Shown here: positions 63,641-64,000 of the stretch, piece by piece
How positions within the stretch are numbered: the first letter of the stretch is position 1
Layout: every line of letters starts with the position of its first letter
DNA from: Octopus sinensis
Lineage: Eukaryota
Direction: 5' to 3'
NCBI RefSeq assembly: GCF_006345805.1
Contig: NC_043010.1
Span: 45,446,001-45,510,000, forward strand
DNA length: 64,000 nt
Notes under the pieces: model-generated
The model's input: only the letters and a program-made list of their open reading frames with translations
The model's database searches: none
What the model was told of the DNA's origin: nothing
Made by a program: the position numbers and the translations under genes

Positions 63641-64000
63641 TGAAAGTTCTGGTGAAAGTTTGGACCAACACCGCCACTGTAAGGGATGTTTCTACTGTAG
63701 ATTTGGTGGTGGTTTGGTTTCATGCTTTTACCAGTGCATCAAGTCCCTGGAAGATGAGTGAAGAGACAGTCACACATCAGACACAATCCTTCATGTTATG
63801 AATAGCAACAGATTTTAGGATTCCAAGTTACATGTGTATAAGTTATTAAGTGTGATTTAGCATTTAAGATGTGTGGTTTGGTGTTAGTTGGTATTGCTAG
63901 TATGAATTGAGTGTCTTGTCCTAGGTAAATGGGTGAAGTTCTGCCAGCTCACCACCTTAATACAGATGGTGGTGGTGGTGGTGGTAGCAGTGATTATCAT

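Overview
AT-rich, microsatellite-dense eukaryotic DNA made almost entirely of transposable elements. The SINE and LINE repertoire resembles an octopus/coleoid cephalopod genome (inference from repeat style). I could not identify any host protein-coding gene. Recognisable content: several tRNA-derived SINE families; 3' fragments of RTE, CR1/L2-like and R4/Dong-like LINEs; a degenerate Penelope-like element (RT + GIY-YIG); Tc1, mariner and maT DNA transposons; TTAA-flanked MITEs; a Helentron/DINE-like element; a ~3.7 kb tandem duplication spanning a 100-N gap; and a young 108-bp tandem array grown inside an RTE 3' UTR. The most interesting signals are (1) a near-canonical type I hammerhead ribozyme at 5877-5959 inside a foldback cassette bounded by ~180-bp inverted repeats, (2) hammerhead motifs in the inverted pseudo-LTRs of the Penelope element, (3) several short-range inverted or templated duplications, including a perfect 90-bp one with microhomology at both junctions, and (4) a GC-rich, near-full-length Tc1. 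Boundaries of degenerate elements are approximate and were set by eye. No database searches were run.
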